Source: Eledone cirrhosa (Eukaryota). Taken from it: a DNA stretch of 64,000 bases. Position numbers and translations under genes: made by a program. Position 1 is the first letter of the stretch; each line of letters begins with the position of its first letter. The notes beneath the pieces are model-generated. The model searched no databases. It was not told the DNA's origin and was given only the letters and a program-made list of their open reading frames with translations. Shown here one piece after another: positions 54,501 to 64,000 of this stretch. The DNA lies in NCBI GenBank assembly GCA_964016885.1, contig OZ024740.1, positions 255,626,001 to 255,690,000 on the forward strand. The letters run 5' to 3'.

Positions 54501-57500
54501 CACATGGACACAGACATACATTAACACATGGACATAGACATACATTAACACATGGACATAGACATACATTAACACATGGACATAGACATACATTAACACA
54601 TGGACACAGACATACGTTAACACATGGACATAGATATACATTAACACATGGACATAGACATACATTAACACATGTACATAGACATACATTAACACATGTA
54701 CATAGAGATACATTAACACGTGGACATAGACATACATTAACACATGTACATAGATATACATTAACACATGTACATAGACATATATTAACACATGTACATA
54801 GACATAAAATAACACATGTACATAGACATACATTAACACATGGACACAGACATACATTAACACATGGACACAGACATACATAAACACATGTACATAGACA
54901 TACATTAACACATGGATATAGATATACATTAACACATGGACATACATATGCATTAACACATGGACATAGACATACATTAACACATGGACACAGACATACA
55001 TTAACACACGGACATAGACATACATTAACACATGGACATAGACATACATTAACACATGGACACAGACATACATTAACACATGGACACAGACATACATTAA
55101 CACATGTACATAGACATACATAAACACATGTACATAGAGATACATTAACACATGGACATTGACATACATTAACACATGTACATAGACATACATTGACACA
55201 TGGACATAGAGATACATTACCACATGGACACAGACATACATTAACACATGGACATTGACATACATTAACACATGGACATAGATATACATTAACACATGGA
55301 CATACATATACATTACCACATGGACACAGACATACATTAACACATGGACATTGACATACATTAACACATGGACATAGATATGCATTAACACATGGACATA
55401 CATATACATTAACACATGGACATAGACATACATTAACACATGTACATAGACATACATTAACACATGGACATAGACATAGATTAACACATGGACACAGACA
55501 TACATTAACGCATGGACACAGACATACATTAACACATGTACATAGAGATACATTAACACATGTACATAGTCATATATTAACACATGTACATAGACATGAA
55601 TTAACACATGTACATAGACATACATTAACACATGGACACAGACATACATTAACACATGGACACAGTCATACACTAACACATGGACATAGACATACATTAA
55701 AACATGGACACAGACATACATTAACACATGTACATAGACACACATTAACACATGGACATAGATATACATTAACACATGGACACATACATACATTAACACA
55801 TGGACATAGATATACATTAACACATGTACAGAGATATACATTAACACATGGACATAGAGATACATTAACAGATTGACAGAGATATATATTAACACATGGA
55901 CATACATATACATTAACACATGGACATAGACATACATTAACACATGGACATAGATATACATTAACACATGTACATAGACATACATTAACACATGGACATA
56001 GAGATACATTAACACATGGACATAGACATACATTAATACATGTAGATAGACATACATTAACACATGTACATAGACATGCATTAACACATGGACATAGATA
56101 TACATTAACACATGGACATAGACATACATTAACACATGGACATAGACATACATTAACACATGTACATAGACATACATTAACACATGGACACAGACATACG
56201 TTAACACATGGACATAGACATACATTAACACATGGACATAGAAATACATTAACACATGGACATAGACATACATTAACACATGGACATAGAGATACATCAA
56301 TACATGGACATAGAAATACATTAATACATGTAGATAGACATACATTAACACATGTACATAGACATGCATTAACACATGGACATAGATATACATTAACACA
56401 TGGACATAGACATACATTAACACATGTACATAGACATACATTAACACATGGACATAGATATACACTGACACATTGACATAGACATACATTAACACATGTA
56501 CATAGATATACATTAACACATATACATAGATATACATTAACACATGGACATAGACATACATTAACACATGTAGACAGATATACATGAACACATAGACATA
56601 CATATACATTAACACATGTACATAGATATACATTAACACATAGACATAGATATACATTAACACATGGACATACACATACATTAACACATGTACATAGATA
56701 TACATTAACACATGGGCATAGACATACATTAACACATGGACATAGACATACATTAACACATGGACATAGACATACATTAACACATGGAGATAGATATACA
56801 TGAACACGTAGACATACATATACATTAACACATGTACATAGATATACATTAAAACATGGACATAGACATACATTAACACATGGACATAGACATATATTAA
56901 CACATGTACATAGATATACATTAACACATGTACATAGACATACATTAACACATGGACATAGACATACATTAACACATGGAGATAGATATACGTGAACACA
57001 TAGACATACATATACATTAACACATAGACATAGACATACATTAACACTTGGACATAGACATACATTAACACATGGACACAGACATACATTAACACATGGA
57101 CAGAGATATACATTAACACATGAACATAGGGATACATTAACAGATGGACAGAGATATACATTAACACATGGACATACATATATATTAACACATGGACATA
57201 GACATACATTAACACATGGACATAGATATACATTAACACATGGACATAAGATACATTAACACATGGATATAGACATACATTAACACATGGACATAGACAT
57301 ACATTAACACATGGACATAGACATACATTAACACATGGACATAGATATACATTAAAACATGGACATAGACATACATTAACACATGGACATAGATATACAT
57401 TAACACATGGACAGAGATATACATTAACACATGGACATAGAGATACATTAACAGATGGACAGAGATATACATTAACACATGGACATACATATACATTAAC

Positions 57501-59071
57501 ACATGGACATAGACATACATTAACACATGGACATAGATATACATTAACACATGTACATAGACATACATTAACACATGGACATAGAGATACATTAACACAT
57601 GGACATAGACATACATTAATACATGTAGATAGACATACATTAACACATGTACATAGACATGCATTAACACATGAACATAGACATACATTAACATATGTAC
57701 ATAGACATACATTAACACATGGACACAGACATACATTAACACATGGACATAGACATACATTAACACATAGACATACATATACATTAACCCCTGTACATAG
57801 ATATAAATTAACACATAGACATAAATATACATTAACACATGGACATAGACATACATTAACACATGGAGATAGATATACATGAACACATAGACATACATAT
57901 ACATTAACACATGTACATAGATATACATTAACACATGGACATAGACATAAATTAACACATGGACATAGACATACATTTACACATGGACATAGACATACAT
58001 TAACACATGGAGATAGATATACATGAACACATAGACATACATATACATTAACACATGTACATAGATATACATTAACACATAGACATAGATATACATTAAC
58101 ACATAGACATATATATACATTAACACATGTACATAGATATACATTAAAACATGGACATAGACATACATTAACACATGTACATAGACATACATTAACACAT
58201 GGACATAGACATACATTAACAAATGGAGATAGATATACATGAACACATAGACATACATATACATTAACACACAGACATAGACATACATTAACACATGGAC
58301 ATAGACATACATTAACACATGGACACAGACATACATTAACACATGGACATAGACATACATTAACACATGGACACAGACATACATTAACACATAAACATAG
58401 ACATACATTAACACATGTACATAGACATATATTAACACATGTACATAGACATACATTAACACATGGACATAGACACACATTAACACATGGACATAGATAT
58501 ACATTAACACATGGACACAGACATACATTGACACATGGACATAGATATACATTAACACATGTACATAGACATACATTAACACATGTACATAGACATACAT
58601 TAATACACGGACGTAGAGATACATTAACACATGGACACAGACATACATTAACACATGGACATAGATATACATTAACACATGGACATAGACATACATTAAC
58701 ACATGGACATAGACATACATTAACACATGTACATAGACATACATTAACACATGGACACAGACATACATTAACACATGGACATAGACATACATTAACACAT
58801 GGACATAGAAATACATTAACACATGGACATAGACATACATTAAGACATGGACATAGAGATACATTAATACATGGACATAGACATACATTAATACATGTAG
58901 ATAGACATACATTAACACATATACATAGACATGCATTAACACATGGACATAGATATACATTAACACATGGACATAGACATACATTAACACATGTACATAG
59001 ACATACATTAACACATGGACATAGATATACACTGACACATTGACATAGACATACATTAACACGTGTACATA
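45897..59071 (+). repeat. About 6.8-kb tandem duplication spanning subfamily I and II sequence; second copy shorter by 17 + 2 monomers
   Basis: The offset is 6813 at the start (45897/52710), 6405 in the middle (47061/53466, 47413/53818) and 6357 at the end (50876/57233, 51620/57977, 52171/58528). Shared rare variants include agggatac, agtcatatatt, catcaatac and tacacggacgtag. Confidence 0.88.
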
Positions 59072-62000
59072 GATATACATTAACACATGGACATAGACAT
59101 ACATTAACATATAGACATACATATACATTAACACATGTACATAGATATGCATTAACACATAGACATAGATATACATTAATACATGGACATAGACATACAT
59201 TAACACATGTACATAGATATATACTAACACATGGACATAGACATACATTAACACATGTACATAGATATACGTTAACACATAGACATACGTATACATTAAC
59301 ACATGTACGTAGATATAAATTAACACATATGACATAAATATACATTAACACATGGATATAGACATACATTAACACATGGAGATAGATATACATAAACACA
59401 TAGACATACATATACATTAACACATGTACATAGATATACATTAACACATAGACATAGATATACATTAACACATGGACATAGACATACATTAACACATGTA
59501 CATAGATATACATTAACACATGGACATAGACATACATTAACACATTGACATAGACATACATTAACACATGGACATAGACATACATTAACACATGGAGATA
59601 GATATACATGAACACATAGACATACATATACATTAACACATGTACATAGATATACATTAACACATAGACATAGATATACATTAACACATAGACATATATA
59701 TACATTAACACATGTACATAGATATACATTAAAACATGGACATAGACATACATTAACACATGGACATAGACATACATTAACACATGGACATAGATATACA
59801 TTAACACATGTACATAGACATACATTAACACATGGACATAGACATACATTAACACATGGAGATAGATATACGTGAACACATAGACATACATATACATTAA
59901 CACATAGACATAGACATACATTAACACTTGGACATAGACATACATTAACACATGGACACAGACATACATTAACACATGGACATAGACATACATTAACACA
60001 TGGACACAGACATAGATTAACACATGGACAGAGATATACATTAACACATGGACATAGAGATACATTAACAGATGGACAGAGATATACATTAACACATGGA
60101 CATACATATACATTCACACATGGACATAGACATACATTAACACATGGACATAGATATACATTAACACATTGACATAAGATACATTAACACATGGATATAG
60201 ACATACATTGACACATGGACATAGACATACATTAACACATGGACATAGACATACATTAACACATGGACATAGATATACATTAACACATGGACATAGACAT
60301 ACATTAACACATGGACATAGATATACATTAACACATGGACAGAGATATACATTAACACATGGACATAGAGATACATTAACAGATGGACAGAGATATACAT
60401 TAACACATGGACATACATATACATTAACACATGGACATAGACATACATTAACACATGGACATAGATATACATTAACACATGTACATAGACATACATTAAC
60501 ACATGGATATAGAGATACATTAACACATGGACATAGACATACATTAATACATGTAGATAGACGTACATTAATACATGTAGATAGACATACATTAACACAT
60601 GTACATAGACATGCATTAACACATGGACATAGATATACATTAACACATGGACATAGACATACATTAACACATGAACATAGACATACATTAATACATGTAC
60701 ATAGACATACATTAACACATGGACATAGATATACACTGACACATTGACATAGACATACATTAACACATGCACATAGATATACATTAACACATAGACATAG
60801 ATATACATTAACACATGGACATAGACATACATTAACACATGTACATAGACATACATTAACACATAGACATACATATACATTAACACATGTACATAGATAT
60901 GCATTAACACATAGACATAGATATACATTAATACATGGACATAGACATACATTAACACATGTACATAGATATATATTAACACATGGACATAGACATACAT
61001 TAACACATGTACATAGATATACATTAACACATAGACATACATATACATTAACCCCTGTACATAGATATAAATTAACACATAGACATAAATATAGATTAAC
61101 ACATGGACATAGACATACATTAACACATGGAGATAGATATACATGAACACATAGACATACATATACATTAACACATGGACATAGATATAATTAACACATG
61201 TACATAGACATACATTAACACATGGACATAGACATACATTAACAAATGGAGATAGATATACATGAACACATAGACATACATATACATTAACACACAGACA
61301 TAGACATACATTAACACATGGACATAGACATACATTAACACATGGACACAGACATACATTAACACATGGACATAGACATACATTAACACATGGACACAGA
61401 CATACATTAACACATAAACATAGACATACATTAACACATGTACATAGACATATGTTAACACATGTACATAGACATACATTAACACATGGACATAGACACA
61501 CATTAACACATGGACATAGATATACATTAACACATGGACACAGACATACATTGACACATGGACATAGATATACATTAACACATGTACATAGACATACATT
61601 AACACATGGACATAGACATACATTAACACATGTACATAGACATACATTAATACATGGACGTAGAGATACATTAACACATGGACACAGACATACATTAACA
61701 CATGGACATAGATATACATTAACACATGGACATAGACATACATTAACACATGTACATAGACATACATTAACACATGGACACAGACATTCATTAACACATG
61801 GACATAGACATACATTAACACATGGACATAGAAATACATTAACACATGGACATAGACATACATTAACACATGGACATAGAGATACATTAATACATGGACA
61901 TAGACATACATTAATACATGTAGATAGACATACATTAACACATATACATAGACATGCATTAACACATGGACATAGACATACATTAACACATGTACAAAGA

Positions 62001-63150
62001 CATACATTAACACATGGACATAGATATACACTGACACATTGACATAGACATACATTAACACGTGTACATAGATATACATTAACACATAGACATAGATATA
62101 CATTAACACATGGACATAGACATACATTAACATATAGACATACATATACATTAACACATGTACATAGATATGCATTAACACATAGACATAGATATACATT
62201 AATACATGGAGATAGATATACATGAACACATAGACATACATATACATTAACACATGTACATAGATATACATTAACACATGGACATAGACATACATTAACA
62301 CATGGACATAGACATATATTTACACATGGACATAGACATACATTAACACATGGAGATAGATATACATGAACACATAGACATACATATACATTAACACATG
62401 TACATAGATATACATTAACACATAGACATAGATATACATTAACACATAGACATATATATACATTAACACATGTACATAGATATACATTAAAACATGGACA
62501 TAGACATACATTAACACATGGACATAGACATACATTAACACATGGACACAGACATACATTAACACATGGACATAGACATACATTAACACATGGACACAGA
62601 CATACATTAACACATAGACATAGACATACATTAACACATGGAGATAGATATACATGAACACATGGACATAGATATACATTAACACATGTACATAGATATA
62701 CATTAACACTTGGACATAGACATACATTAACACATGGAGATAGATATACATGAACACATAGACATACATATACATTAACACACAGACATAGACATACATT
62801 AACACATGGACATAGACATACATTAACACATGGACACAGACATACATTAACACATGGACATAGACATACATTAACACATGGACACAGACATACATTAACA
62901 CATAGACATAGACATATATTAAGACATGTACATAGACATATATTAACACATGTACATAGACATACATTAACACATGGACATAGACACACATTAACACATG
63001 GACATAGATATACATTAACACATGGACACAGACATACATTGACACATGGACATAGATATACATTAACACATGTACATAGACATACATTAACACATGGACA
63101 TAGACATACATTAACACATGTACATAGACATACATTAATACATGGACGTA
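55820..63150 (+). repeat. Subfamily II domain (also 49460-52710), with internally reshuffled blocks
   Basis: Same diagnostics as 7740-16350: ggagatagat, catgaac, gtagatag, actgacacattgac, and the 23-bp gacataagat at ~50891, 57248 and 60176. The segment ~61200-62100 repeats ~58170-59070 with small changes. Confidence 0.72.
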
Positions 63151-64000
63151 GAGATACATTAACACATGGACACAGACATACATTAACACATGGACATTGA
63201 CATACATTAACACATGGACATATATATACATTAACACATGGACATACACATACATTAACACATGGATATAGACATACATTAACACATGGAAAAAGACATA
63301 CATTAACACATGGACATAGACATACATTAACACATGGACATAGACATACATTAACACATGGACATAGACATAGATTAACACATGGACACAGACATACATT
63401 AACACATGGACACAGACATACATTAACAAATGGACATAGACATACATTAACACATGGACACAGTCATACACTAACACATAGACATTGACATACATTAACA
63501 CATGTACATAGATATACATTAACACATAGACATAGATATACATTAACACATGGACATAGACATACATTAACACATGGACATAGACATAGATTAACACATG
63601 GACACAGACATACATTAACGCATGGACACAGACATACATTAAAAAATGGACATAGACATTCATTAACACATGGACCCAGTCATACACTAACACATAGACA
63701 TTGACATACATTAACACATGTACATAGATATACATTAACACATAGACATAGACATACATTAACACATGGACATAGAGATACATTAACACATGTACATAGA
63801 CATACATTAACACATGGACACAGACATACATTAACACATGGATACAGTCATACACTAACACATGGACATAGACATACATTAAAACATGGACACAGACATA
63901 CATTAACACATGTACATAGACACACATTAACACATGGACATAGATATACATTAACACATGGACACATACATACATTAACACATGGACATAGATATACATT

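Larger units (their letters stand above)
1..64000 (+). repeat. Tandem satellite array of a 24-bp monomer, consensus ACATTAACACATGGACATAGACAT, about 2,670 head-to-tail copies, open at both window ends
   Basis: Read directly: positions 1-24 (catagacatacattaacacatgga) recur every 24 bp to the window end, usually with 0-3 substitutions per unit. All ORF translations are 8-aa repeats ([24 protein letters not shown]). No non-repeat sequence or inversion seen. Confidence 0.99.

Noticed and set aside
181-63999. All listed ORFs as protein-coding genes (including the 849, 893, 2029 and 2215 aa ORFs and the metallothionein-like or His-rich appearance)
   Set aside because: They are pure 8-aa repeats in overlapping frames on both strands with no unique domain. 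Their ends are set by satellite indels and point variants, and frameshifting monomers have been freely amplified.
1-64000. CRISPR array (24 bp is within the repeat size range)
   Set aside because: Units are directly adjacent with no unique spacers, leader or cas genes. The variable half is only 12 bp and is a point-variant of one consensus.
1-64000. Telomerase-made long telomeric repeat like the 23-25 bp TG-rich units of Candida or Kluyveromyces
   Set aside because: The minus strand is TG-rich but lacks the GGTGT core. Multi-kb ordered variant patterns indicate recombinational amplification, not templated addition.
1-64000. Regulatory sites: E-box CACATG, ATTA homeodomain core, p53-like CATG, TTAA piggyBac target in nearly every monomer
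   Set aside because: These are short motifs expected by chance in an AT-rich 24-mer and multiplied by tandem copying. The flanks do not fit RRRCWWGYYY, no insertion is present at any TTAA, and there is no functional evidence.
1-64000. Monomer-variant order as an information-bearing code or diversity cassette system
   Set aside because: The order is adequately explained by nested duplication, deletion and conversion. There is no recombinase, expression site or unique flank in the window to support a programmed system.

Overview
The whole 64 kb window is one uninterrupted, single-orientation tandem array of a 24-bp monomer (consensus ACATTAACACATGGACATAGACAT, about 33% GC, no CpG, about 2,670 copies). 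It is satellite or very large minisatellite DNA, probably eukaryotic (inference), and the array runs off both ends of the window. I see no unique sequence, gene, RNA gene, transposon or CRISPR array. Every ORF in the track is a by-product of a 24-bp (8-codon) unit that lacks stops in three frames. The informative content is the order of monomer variants. That order shows three monomer subfamilies, a ~1.8-kb (about 76-monomer) higher-order repeat with two subtypes, and recent tandem duplications of 2.4, 3.5 and 6.8 kb, two of which have junctions I can place to 5 bp. It also shows a length-neutral conversion-like tract and an out-of-register junction. I found no evidence for a new gene-based system. 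All comparisons were made by eye and from ORF-track offsets, so counts and boundaries are approximate.
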